64,000 nucleotides of DNA, from assembly GCF_039654945.1 (NCBI RefSeq), contig NW_027361687.1:73470001-73534000 (forward strand), written 5' to 3'. Below the pieces are notes generated by a model. The model searched no databases. It was not told the origin of the DNA and saw only the letters and a list, made by a program, of their open reading frames with translations. The stretch is from Dendrobates tinctorius (Eukaryota). The position numbers and the translations under genes are program-made. Of the stretch, positions 49,959 through 61,674 are shown one piece after another (within the stretch, counting starts at the first letter, position 1; the number at the start of each line of letters is the position of its first letter).

Positions 49959-51475
49959 TTAGAACATAGACACAGCATTCTCTTGCCAAGAAGTTGCCCC
50001 CTCAGGTGAGATAAAGTAATTAGTGAATATATCACGCACTTTGAGGCCAGAGAGCGGTCTACGTTGAGGGATGATAGGTGGTCTCACCCTGCGCACATTG
50101 TCCGGCCTACGCACAACACCATCAGAGGAGGAGCAATCATGTATCCTGGTGAAGTTATGCAGAACAACACAGGCTTTCACAACTTCATTCACATTTTGCT
50201 CACTCAACTGAATGGCAGACTGGAGTACCCGCCATTTGGCACAAAGAATCCCAAAGGAACACTCCACCAGTCGCCTAGCACGTGATAGGAGCAAGTTCAA
50301 AATTCTGTGCCTGTGGTCAAGGTTGCGCCGGGCATATGGCCTCATGACATTACGTGATAACTGAAAGGCCTAATCTGCCACAAGGACATAAGGGACTGAT
50401 TGTTCGGGGGAGCCTGGTAGCTGGCGTGGTGGTGGTAGTTCAAACTGGTTGGTGCGTAGCCGCCGACCCATTATGGAAGTATTGAAGACTCTAGAGTCTC
50501 CCGTCCTTCCATAGGCCCCAATGTCCACAATTATAAACTTGTATTGAGGGTCTACCAGAGCCAACAATACAACAGAAAAGTATTGCTTATAATTGAAGAA
50601 TTGGGACCCTGAGTTCGGCGGCTTACGCACCCTGATATGTTTGCCATCCAGGGCCCCAATACAATTTGGAAACTGGCAGTCCTCCTCAAAGTCCCTTGAA
50701 ATCCTTAACCAGTCTTCCATCCTGGGCTCGGGTAGGACCACCTGATGGAGTCTTGTCCAGATTTGTGCACATGTAGACCTCACTATGCCTGAATTGGTGG
50801 ACTTTCCAATGAGAAACTCATGGTGGAGGGCGGCATAAGACAGGCCAGTGGACAGGAAGCTGTAGAACAACAGAAATAGTCCAGGTTAGAATGGCTAAAG
50901 TAAAAAAAAATCAGTTACATGCCGACCAAACTTGGTAGGAAATGAGAGAGAACAACACACACATATTTGGTGGCACAATGACTAAGTGATATGCAGTACA
51001 TATTAGATGTAACATTGTTCTGTGTCAGGTGAAACATATTTTGAGTAAGATGAGGGTATTAAACATTGTCCAAGAATGCCAAAAAACATAAATTAACACA
51101 CACATTATGAACATAGAGAATGTGGTTGTGGAGTACATACCGTATTGTGAGTAGAAGTCGCTCCTCTGCAGATATGGCTTGGCGCATCCTAGTGTCCTGA
51201 AATGTGATCCCAGGGCGCACTGTCTCCAAGAGGCGATCAAATGTGGAAATGCTCATTCGACAGTACTGGTAAAATTTTTCCGGATGCTCCCGCAGAGACG
51301 AATAGAGGCGGTGAAAATGCCCTCTTGTGAGTCGTTGCCTCAAAAGTGGATGTACCCACATGCGTCTCCTCCTCCGCGGATCCACTTTCACAGGATATGG
51401 TTGGCCAAAGCGCCGTGACAAAAGCCAGGTAAAGAGAACCTGCTCGGTTGTATTGAATGTCAGACCCTCTGCCAT
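49959..51475 (-). pseudogene. Harbinger DDE transposase; exons 51475-51141 and 50859-49959; single in-frame stop
   Basis: WVHP, EERLLLTIR|FLSTG, FPNCIGALDGKHI, VAD*AF (TAG at 50372-50370), RARRLVECSFG. The spliced length of 1236 nt stays in frame. Confidence 0.93.
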
Positions 51476-51812
51476 GCTGCACAAAGAACACCAACACACC
51501 TCGTGAAAGCAAGGTGAGAAATGTACAGAATGTAGGCAGCCACCTATTTCTGAGTGTCTAAATAGGGTGCAGGCTAATGATTTAAATAGTTTGCAGGCCT
51601 CAAAACCGTTAAATGTCCATTTTGCAAGGCTGCGAGAAAATCTCGCCATACGGATTGCATACGGATTGCATACGGAGACACACATGCGCAAAATACGCAA
51701 CCTCACCTTGCTTACGGATGACCTACGGACCACTATTTTGTGGTCATTAATCCGTATTACGCATGTAAAATACGGAGCGTATTTTGCGCAGGTTAGTGTG
51801 ACTCCAGCCTTA

Positions 51813-52165
51813 GGCTGTGTTCACACACAGCGTTTTTTTAGCGGTTTTTACCATATCGTTTTCACTATAAAACCGCTATAAAACCGCTAAAAATAAGCTG
51901 CACAGTCATTTCTATGCATTTTCCACTTTGTGTGCACATTGATGCGTTTTTTACCGCGAAAAAACCGCATCGCGGTGAAAACCGCAGCATGCACATTAAT
52001 TTTGCATATTTTTCCGCGGTTTAGGCTTCTCCCATGTTTTTAGAAACCGCTGCGGTAAAAAACGCATCAAAAATGCATCAAAACCGCCGCGGAAAAATAG
52101 GTGCGGTTTCTGGGAAGGGATTCAGGTTTTTGTGCAGAAATTTTCTGCAACGTGTGCACATACCC
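51813..52165. mobile_element. Harbinger/Tourist-type MITE
   Basis: TTA|GGCTGTGTTCACAC ... ACGTGTGCACATACCC|TGA. Same family as 53012-53383. Confidence 0.85.
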
Positions 52166-52829
52166 TGACAGTTTTGTAACCCGGTAACTTGATTTAGCAG
52201 AAATGAAAGTGTTAGCAGCTGAGTTCATTACCAGGTACTGTAATTTAGCAGAGTTCAAGGTGTGAACAGCACTAGAAATGTAGGATGGAGCATGCAGTGG
52301 TAGCTGGTTGCTGGATCACAGTCTGGAGCAGCTGAACTGATAAACAGGCACCTGACTTGGGCATAACCAATTGGGATGTGTGACTGAACTCCAGGTAAGA
52401 ACAAGGTAGCAAAACAAATTGTTACCTGAATACTTGGTGGTCAGCAGCCACCAGAACTGTCCTTAAAAGTCCTTGGATGATGAAATCAGAGGTGATCACT
52501 GGGTCACCATAGTGACTTGGCACAGACTAGCACAGAAGAAACCAGCCACACGTGAAAGAAGCAAAACCTGACACTGGAGCCGGGACATATAAATAACTAC
52601 CAGGAACAAAAACTCTAGGAGGAGATGAATACATTTGCTGTAATGTAATGCTGTAATGTTGGCGTTGCATCCCCCACCACTTCAGCACTGCCACTGATAG
52701 AACAATAACAAATGATATCTCATCTGACTGTTACTTGACTGCTGTAGTCCGTCGCTAACACTAGCAGTCCAATGTGTTAGAGTTCTCCAGGTGAAGGTGA
52801 CGGGATCTTTTAGCTGGAGATAATCTGTT

Positions 52830-53510
52830 CATAGAATCATAGAATGGTAGAGTTGGAAGAGACCTCCTGGGCCATCTGGTCCAACCCCCTGCTCAAAGCA
52901 GGATTCGCTAAATCATCCCAGTCAGATGTCTGTCCAGCCTCTGTTTGAAGACTTCTATTGAAGAACTCACCACCTCTCGTGGCAGCCTGTTCCATTCATT
53001 GATCACTCTAAGGCTGTGTGCACATACAGTGTTTTTTTTATCAGTATTTTTAGCAGATTTGCAAATAAAACCGCTATAAAACCACTAAAAATAAGCTTCC
53101 CATTCATTTCTATGCATTTTGCACTTTTTGTGCATACTAATGCGTTTTTTACCGCGAAAAAAACGCTTCACGGTAAAAAACGCAGCATGCTCATTTATTT
53201 TGTGGATTCTTCCACATTTCTGGCTATTTCTAGGCGTCTTGAAAACGCGAGGAAAAAAATGCATAAAAACCGCACATTTTTTTGCGCAAAAACCGCACGG
53301 AAAACGAGCAGAAAAAAAGCGCAGTTTCTGGGAAGGGAGTCAGGTTTTTCAGCAGACATTTTCTGCTACGTGTGCACTTAGCCTAACTGTCAAAAAGTTT
53401 TTTCTAATATCTAATCTGTGTCTCCTCCCATTCAGTTTCATCCCATTGCTTCTAGTCTTTCCTTGTGCAAATGAGAATAAAGATGATCCTTCTACAATGT
53501 GACAGGTAGA
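52830..53510 (-). mobile_element. CR1 LINE 3' end, split by a MITE
   Basis: CATAGAATCATAGAAT is the rc of the CR1 (ATTCTATG)n tail. TCCAACCCCCT, TGTCCAGCCT and CACCACCTC are typical of the CR1 3' region. Confidence 0.85.
53012..53383. mobile_element. Harbinger/Tourist-type MITE
   Basis: TSD TAA (53009-53011 and 53384-53386); GGCTGTGTGCACA ... TGTGCACTTAGCC. Confidence 0.9.
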
Positions 53511-54010
53511 TCTCTACAGGTTCTGGTTCAGAAATTCTGGGAAGAGATTTTGGAGATGTTTCAGAATGTGAAACGCCATACTCCAGCTTTTCTTTCTTAG
53601 ACCATTGCTTAACACGCAAGTCTACTCGAGTGGCAAGGGAAATCATGTCATTGAGGGAGGATGGAAAATTTTCAACCAGTTATTTAATCTTTAATACAGC
53701 TGGAAATACCAGCATAATAAACAGCCAGAAGACAGTTATTGTTGCAGGTTGTCACGGAGAACACTGGGGAAGTCAGGCAGATCCCACCGCTGTTACCAGT
53801 TTTTTAGGGATGACACTGGGGAGATCACGTAGATCACACTGCTACCACCAGTTTGTCAAGGGATGCAACTCTGCTGCCTCCAATTGTCAGGACAATTACA
53901 CAATTGGCTGATGAGTGATGGACGAGGCAACGGCTGCTTCCACTACTAGGCCAGTTATTGGGGAATTCACAGTGAGCATAAGGAATATACACCTGCTATT
54001 CCAACCCATG

Positions 54011-54041
<31 letters not shown>

Positions 54042-54198
54042 CTCCACTATGGTTACTGTCAACTCCACAATAACAAAAACTAACTACTAACTACCACTAC
54101 CAATTGTTTATACAGGCCAATTGTACACCATTAAAGGAGAGTTAGGCATCAAAGGTGCGGTTTACAGAGCAAAAGGAACAGATAAAAAATTTGATATA

Positions 54199-55805
54199 CA
54201 GTGGGGAAAAAAAGTATTTAGTCAGTCAGCAATAGTGCAAGTTCCACCACTTAAAAAGATGAGAGGCGTCTGTAATTTACATCATAGGTAGACCTCAACT
54301 ATGGGAGACAAACTGAGAAAAAAAAATCCAGAAAATCACATTGTCTGTTTTTTTTTCATTTTATTTGCATATTATGGTGGAAAATAAGTATTTGGTCAGA
54401 AACAAGCAATCAAGATTTCTGGCTCTCACAGACCTGTCACTTCTTCTTTAAGAGTCTCCTCTTTCCTCCACTCATTACCTGTAGTAATGGCACCTGTTTA
54501 AACTTGTTATCAGTATAAAAAGACACCTGTGCACACCCTCAAACAGTCTGACTCCAAACTCCACTATGGTGAAGACCAAAGAGCTGTCAAAGGACACCAG
54601 AAACAAAATTGTAGCCCTGCACCAGGCTGGGAAGACTGAATCTGCAATAGCCAACCAGCTTGGAGTGAAGAAATCAACTGTGGGAGCAATAATTAGAAAA
54701 TGGAAGACATACAAGACCACTGATAATCTCCCTCGATCTGGTGCTCCACGCAAAATCCTACCCCGTGGGGTCAGAATGATCACAAGAACGGTGAGCAAAA
54801 ATCCCAGAACCACGCGGGGGGACCTAGTGAATGAACTGCAGAGAGCTGGGACCAATGTAACAAGGCCTACCATAAGTAACACACTACGCCACCATGGACT
54901 CAGATCCTGCAGTGCCAGACGTGTCCCACTGCTTAAGCCTGTACATGTCCGGGCCCGTCTGAAGTTTGCTAGAGAGCATTTGGATGATCCAGAGGAGTTT
55001 TGGGAGAATGTCCTATGGTCTGATGAAACCAAACTGGAACTGTTTGGTAGAAACACAACTTGTCGTGTTTGGAGGAAAAAGAATACTGAGTTGCATCCAT
55101 CAAACACCATACCTACTGTAAAGCATGGTGGTGGAAACATCATGCTTTGGGGCTGTTTCTCTGCAAAGGGGCCAGGACGACTGATCCGGGTACATGAAAG
55201 AATGAATGGGGCCATGTATCGTGAGATTTTGAGTGCAAACCTCCTTCCATCAGCAAGGGCATTGAAGATGAAACGTGGCTGGGTCTTTCAACATGACAAT
55301 GATCCAAAGCACACCGCCAGGGCAACGAAGGAGTGGCTTCGTAAGAAGCATTTCAAGGTCCTGGAGTGGCCTAGCCAGTCTCCAGATCTCAACCCTATAG
55401 AAAACCTTTGGAGGGAGTTGAAAGTCCGTGTTGCCAAGCGAAAAGCCAAAAACATCACTGCTCTAGAGGAGATCTGCATGGAGGAATGGGCCAACATACC
55501 AACAACAGTGTGTAGCAACCTTGTGAAGACTTACAGAAAACGTTTGACCTCTGTCATTGCCAACAAAGGATATATCACAAAGTATTGAGATGAAATTTTG
55601 TTTCTGATCAAATACTTATTTTCCACCATAATATGCAAATAAAATGAAAAAAAAAACAGACAATGTGATTTTCTGGATTTTTTTTTCTCAGTTTGTCTCC
55701 CATAGTTGAGGTCTACCTATGATGTAAATTACAGACGCCTCTCATCTTTTTAAGTGGTGGAACTTGCACTATTGCTGACTGACTAAATACTTTTTTTCCC
55801 CACTG
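54199..55805 (+). mobile_element. Complete Tc1-like element (IR/DR type)
   Basis: TA TSDs and near-identical TIRs of ~205 bp, with outer and inner AAGTATTT(A/G)GTCAG direct repeats. Confidence 0.97.
54566..55588 (+). CDS. Intact Tc1 transposase, 340 aa, DD34E
   Basis: Uninterrupted ORF with paired-like HTH region, [25 protein letters not shown] and [11 protein letters not shown]. 34 residues lie between the second D and the E. Confidence 0.97.
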   Translation: MVKTKELSKDTRNKIVALHQAGKTESAIANQLGVKKSTVGAIIRKWKTYKTTDNLPRSGAPRKILPRGVRMITRTVSKNPRTTRGDLVNELQRAGTNVTRPTISNTLRHHGLRSCSARRVPLLKPVHVRARLKFAREHLDDPEEFWENVLWSDETKLELFGRNTTCRVWRKKNTELHPSNTIPTVKHGGGNIMLWGCFSAKGPGRLIRVHERMNGAMYREILSANLLPSARALKMKRGWVFQHDNDPKHTARATKEWLRKKHFKVLEWPSQSPDLNPIENLWRELKVRVAKRKAKNITALEEICMEEWANIPTTVCSNLVKTYRKRLTSVIANKGYITKY

Positions 55806-56390
55806 TATTTAACCCTGAAAGATAGGCAGTGTTCATAAAAATATACAAAGATGATACAAAATGGGAACAAAACAATATGGTATATACAATTACATGACAT
55901 TAAAAGGAATAATGAAAGAGAATTACTAAACCTGATGTTGCAGGAATGGCTCTTATTTTTATGGAGGGAAACACGCTGATTGGGAAAATGAAACACTCAC
56001 ACAGCGAACTATATCTTCAATAATTACCAAGACAAAACCCAAAATTCTAATTTTATTAGATCAAGGTTACACCCTCATACCTCCCCTTCTTGAGCTCATG
56101 TGCGGGCTGGTTGTGGGATGTGCTAGGTCAATTAGAATTTTATTTTATGTTATCCCTAACTTTTGGGATATCTTTCCGCCTGAAGGTCCCAGGAGGTAGG
56201 TATTGTCATCATGTTTCTTATCGCAATTTTATCTCTCTATAGAGACGAAACATGGCCTGGATAGCACCATGCATCGGACCACTAACCACTATTAAGTCGG
56301 AGGGATTCTACCGCCCTTACGGTGATGTGAATAAATGAGCTATGTACGTCCCTGCACTGCGACGCTGAAAATAAATATCCCAAAAATATC

Positions 56391-57017
56391 TGTCATGAGG
56401 GTATAACATCTCCCTGGAAGACGTGGAGTTAGAAGGTCACGTCGTGTAAGGTCTTTAGACATGGTGTGATTCATGTTTTATTTTAAATGGATTTCCTTTC
56501 CTTCAGTGCTGAGAGGATTAAGGACTCTTTCCATGCTGGCAGAGACCATACAGCCTGGTTGTTCTCAGCTGCAACTGCTTATCATTTACTCTCTCTATAT
56601 ATAATGATTCATCTTCCTGTGCTGTGTGCTAAAGCTGAGTAGTTGTAGTGGAAGTTGTAGTAGTAGTGATCTGTTGTTTGCTGCTGTAAGTGAGAGTTGT
56701 ATCCTGGTACCTATTTCTGTTTAGTTTATTCCTCCCTGTCCCTATCCTTCTCCCTATTGTTGGTGAATGTTTTTGTATGATAGCGGTTTTCTCTTATTTC
56801 TGTTTTGTCTTTGTGTTATGTTTACCTTACATTTCTGTCCCATGCCTCTTGGGGGTGAAGGAGGGTACGGATCAGGGTTTAACATGAGCATAGTAAGTTT
56901 AGAGACCTGGGCCTCTCTACCTTCAAGAGTACCCCCCGGGACAGGGATAATTAGGTTCCCAGTTCCAGGGACAGTTTGAGGTCCCGCTTCCTTATTAAAG
57001 ACCATCACAACATGACA
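56391..57017 (+). mobile_element. Solo LTR, 627 bp
   Basis: TGTCATG...CATGACA termini with exact 5-bp TSD ATATC. TATA-like TATATATAA near 56596. Confidence 0.88.
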
Positions 57018-59392
57018 ATATCTGATCAATGCAAAGTTTTTTGATCAAAGGAAATTCTTTCATTGGGAGCATACTTCCCAGCCTCTGCGTAAACGAATCT
57101 CAGCCTTGGTGTCTTCCCAGCAAATCTCCCTGCTCAACATAAATGTTTCACTGCAGAATGATCCTACTTCAACGGAGATGGAAGTGTCAGCTCTCTCTCT
57201 CACCTCATAAGTTATAATTATTTTTTCTCTCCTCTAGTTAAAATTAGTTTCTCTCTTTCCCAGCCACAATAAATTCCATATGTTCAATGTGAGGGTGAGA
57301 TGTCCCCTGTCCGGAGATGTCATGGATTTTAGTTAGCTCCCTTTAACTTACATCAAGTTGCAACACAAGTTCAGGAAAAATCATCCGTGTCCCACAGCAA
57401 CAATGTTGTGATTACTGCATCTTTGAGAGCCATAGTCTAGGTATTCTGTTAATTGCTCACCAGGTAAGGTGGATCCTCTAAGCCCATGTCCGGGTGGGAA
57501 CACCGATCCTAGACATTGATGCAGCAGGCAGGTAAGGTATGTGGGAAACAAAGACTAAAAGTACTGGAGGCCACAAGCAGACAGGACACTGGAAAAAAGA
57601 ATGGAGCAGGTGCTAGAAGCACTGGAGGCCGAAGGCAGACAGAATATTGGAGGAGCAGATAATGGTGCACAGTCATTCTTAATACAAAGATACAGGTGTG
57701 TGTCCTGGTGGGCCGTATATGGTCCTAGGCTGATAATCACATGGGATCATGCCGATCAACTTGCAAAACCCGACGTGGAGCACAGCAGAGAGCAGTGGTC
57801 ATAGGAAAAAGTAATGAATCACTGCCGAGCTTGGGCAAATGCGTAACACAGTGTAAATGTTTGGCATGTGGCCAGTGAGGCCTTTGATTGTCTGCAGCAG
57901 TCAGATGACATACATACAGGATGTCATCACTTTGCACCACAGGATGGATGGTTGTATAGAGACAGAGGATGCATCTTAGAAAAAACAGTAAAAAATGAGG
58001 CCATGACTGACATCATTTTTCAGCATTTGGCTCATTTTAAAGGTGATGGAAACCTTTAACATGGAAAAAAAACTTACCGTATTTACGCTTGCAGTTACGT
58101 TTCATTTTAAGATCCCTTGATATATAATTATTACCTTGGGCCAAGTTTTAGATTTTTATGTTGTGGGAGTGTCTCTCCCAGTAATATAGGCTGTATAAGA
58201 TATCTATATGTATCCAGAGAGCTGTTGAATTCATTTACTCCTGTATTAGCACAACTTTTATCCTGCGCTTGCTTCATCTTTATGCGCTTTCCTCCTTTTC
58301 TATACCCTGATTTTTTTTCTGCTCTCCATAAAACTTGAGATGCTTTTTTCCCTGTCTACCACATATTTTTGTATATCTTTCCCTCTTGCTATCTCTAACT
58401 CTGAGAAAAGGCAATGGAATTAAAAAGAACGTCAGGACCAGAAGCACAGTCACTAATAGATCTGTATCAGTTTTGCAAAAGCACTGAACCAGATATAGGA
58501 CTTAAAAGCACTCTGAAGCAATGAAATGATAGAGCATTATTAATGAAGAAAGTTGCTTAATTTGACATTTAGGAAGCAAATCTGTTAAGGTATACATATC
58601 CTTTAAGCATCCAGGATAATACTACAAGTCCTTGATTTCTTGATCTTTAGTCCACCTTTTTAATATTAATGTAGAGATATTGCATATAAAGGACTACAAA
58701 GTGCCATTGTTAGCCCCCTGCATCAGAGGCATGAAACCAGGGTCTTTTTGTCTGATCAAAGCCTCTAACTACAACAATGGAAACAGAAGTAGAGTAATTC
58801 CATCTATAATCAATATTTGCTTAGCTGCAAAGTCAATAGATGCATAAGTATAAGCACCCATTCATTTTATGGTATTGAGCAAAAACCCCAGCTATCTCAC
58901 ACAATGTGTCCACTCATAAAACAAAATTCTGTCCACCCATCAACTATAACTTGGAAGAGGTCAATTCCTGAAAGACCGGAATGTCCTCACAATTCAGATA
59001 GTCCCTTGAGGACTGAACGGCTCGATCTTGACTCCTCGATGATTCAACAGGTCAGCCAACTAGGAAGCTTGGGAAATGCTTTGATGAAATTTCCATGATC
59101 AGTTGGTCCATTAATGGATTTCACAAAATGTTCTCATAAATCTTAAAAAGCATTATTGATCCTTAATGATGTTCAAATGATGCCATGAAGGTGCCCGCAA
59201 AGTGCCTTGGTGGTGCCCTAATGAATAGTTTATGTTATTCCGATTTATTTTACAAACCTAATGGTTTTCTGCTGACAATAAAATTCGAACTTTCAATTCA
59301 TCATTGGAAGAAGCGATAACCTAGGAGTCTTTACTTAATGCTTCAATAACAAGGTATTTCAATAAATTATTAAATGTGGATTACCTCCTGAC

Positions 59393-60796
59393 TAGTGTTG
59401 AGATTCCGATACTGCAAATATCGGGTATCGGCCGATATTAACTGTATCGGAATTCCGATACTGAGTTCCGATACTTTTTGCATATCGAATACCGGAATCG
59501 GAAGTTCCCATAATGCTATGAGCCAGTTTGATTTGATTCAGCCAATGACAATCCTCAGAAGTGTGGGCACATCCTGTTAGGCATGTAGGCATGTTAACTA
59601 ATGGCATGGCTGTGATTGGCTGCGAGCAGACCACCCAGCTTCTCCTCCCCAGACACATGCTGAACAGTGATCTATGGAAAGTGAAACTAGTGAGGGAGGA
59701 GGAAACGACCAGTTCTCATTTCAATGCCAGAACACACACCCCCTGGACGTTTTTCTTAGAAGCTAGAGATGATATCTTGGAAACCGTGCAGACTAGCCAC
59801 AGAAGGTAAATTACTTATTGTCAGCATTCTGCAGCCTAGATATGCACTGAAATTATGTGAAAAGCCCAGACTACCTGTTCTGTTATGTATTTCCGCCAAG
59901 TTGGATTACCCGCCAGGGCTGGTGGGGTACTCGGTACCGGGCCCGTTGGTTTCAATGTGAGATGTGACGGTAGCTGTGACCCGGTCCGTGGCCCTGGGCG
60001 TCCATTGTAAAAGGGAAATGTTGAACGTGTGGATGATGATTAAAGTTTATGAGTGAATGATTCGTGACGCCACCTGTGGTATTCGGCAATGAAGATGTTA
60101 AGCCGACGCTGCAGACAGATCCTCTGGGACAGATGGTGTGGTGCAGCTTTGATGTTGTGTGTTGCGGCCCTCCACAGGTAGGGCTGTAGTCCCAGGGCAG
60201 AGTAGATGGAGAGGTAGTGAAGAGACATAGATGGTGCAGTGCCAGGCATAGAGATGTAGCAGTGCTGAGTGTGTTGGCGCAGGAATAAGCGGAGGACACC
60301 AGGGCATGTAGTTCCAAAGCTTTACTCACAGTCTGTTGTGCATACAGGTGCCCGCATCCGTGCCGTGTCCTCCGGGTCAGGGGCTCAGTCAGCCTCCGAG
60401 CTAGATGAAGCACTCCGTTCCAACACTCCGCCAGCATATGTGCCTTTTCTGAACGTCTCCCTCTATTGCTACACAACCCCTTTAACATAGTCAATATCTT
60501 TGTAACTCCGAACGTCTTAAAAAAAAAAATTAATTCCTGCTATTCCATTTGATTGGGCTAAACCTCTATGCCTTTAATGTCTCCTCCACCTCCCCCAATA
60601 CATTCTCCATTATTCTTAGTTGTTTTCCTTCATGTAGAATTAACCTACACGGAAAATAAGGGTTTATTTTCATTCCGATATTTCTGTCCCATTGACTTGC
60701 ATTGGTTTCCGGTATCGGAATCAGCGATATCCGATGCTTTTTGGGTATCGGTCTGATCCAGTCCGATCCGATATTTCCCGATATCACTCAACACTA
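59393..60796. mobile_element. hAT non-autonomous element, probably with an internal LTR-derived insert (~59890-60475)
   Basis: TIR TAGTGTTGAG, exact 8-bp TSD CTCCTGAC (59385-59392 and 60797-60804), and subterminal CCGATA/TATCGG arrays. Confidence 0.92.
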
Positions 60797-61136
60797 CTCC
60801 TGACTCCATGTTACAGAGATACGTCCGGTGGGGATCTTAGGAAAAAAATTAGAAATCTACTGATTGAACAAAAAACATTCTTCTGTGTCTAGATCAATTT
60901 CTACTTGAGCACCAAGTGTTTAGCTATCTTGTCCAAGTTCATGTTCTAGTGGGTGGCCATTGTTTTTGTTAATGCTGGTGTCTAGTTTATAGGCAATGGA
61001 TGTGTAAGGGTGGTGGACTCTACTATTGCCTTCCTATCCCTGAAGACACCATTTATACTTTGCTTTATATTATAATGTGAATAGTGACATGTGGTTTTAA
61101 ATATATTCTGTAATGTATAGAGTGTGATAAGCATAC

Positions 61137-61590
61137 TGTCATGCCCTCAGCCACGGGTCCGGTCTCTCATGGACAGGGAGACCGGCGCTCATCAAACGGC
61201 ACTATGCATCTCACCCGTTCTGCTCCTGCTCTGGGTCCGGTCACCGCTGTGCATGGAGACCGGCGCCTGTCATGCAGCTCCACTGATACTGCTCACCATG
61301 TCCGTGGCTCCAAACGATCGGCGGCTCCTTTCCCTGCTAGGAATCTGCATCCCCTTTGCAGGTCTCCTGGAAATGCTCTTAGGAGGAGCGCCCTGCTTCC
61401 TGCACATACTTAAAGCAGCAGGGCGCCTGTTTTCTGTTAGGGCTGTCTGTGCTGTGATGCTCTGGGCATAAAAAAGAGAACAGCATATCGGCTGACGAAC
61501 GGTGGATACCGTGTCACTGCAGGCAGCACGCGCACAATCCTTAGACGTCTGTAAGGACGCTGTGCAGCATTGCGCCCACATATATTGCTA
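61137..61590. mobile_element. Probable LTR remnant
   Basis: TGTCATG start and GC-rich internal duplication (GGGTCCGGTC, GGAGACCGGCGC twice). No TSD found. Confidence 0.35.
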
Positions 61591-61674
61591 CTTACCAGCG
61601 GCCACATTTATTTGCTAACTGATGAAGGCCACTTGAGGCTGAAACATTTTTGTTGTTTATTTTGGCTGCCTTAG

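Larger units (their letters stand above)
46890..51809 (-). mobile_element. Full-length PIF/Harbinger element B
   Basis: TAA|GGCCGGAGTCACACT ... AGTGTGACTCCAGCC|TTA, with convergent Myb/MADF (+) and transposase (-) genes. Confidence 0.93.

Noticed and set aside
54475-55215. 246-aa antisense ORF in Tc1
   Set aside because: Antisense shadow of the transposase; no independent evidence.
57020-57460. Possible L1 endonuclease remnant (minus-strand YAPN)
   Set aside because: Only one short motif; too decayed to support a call.
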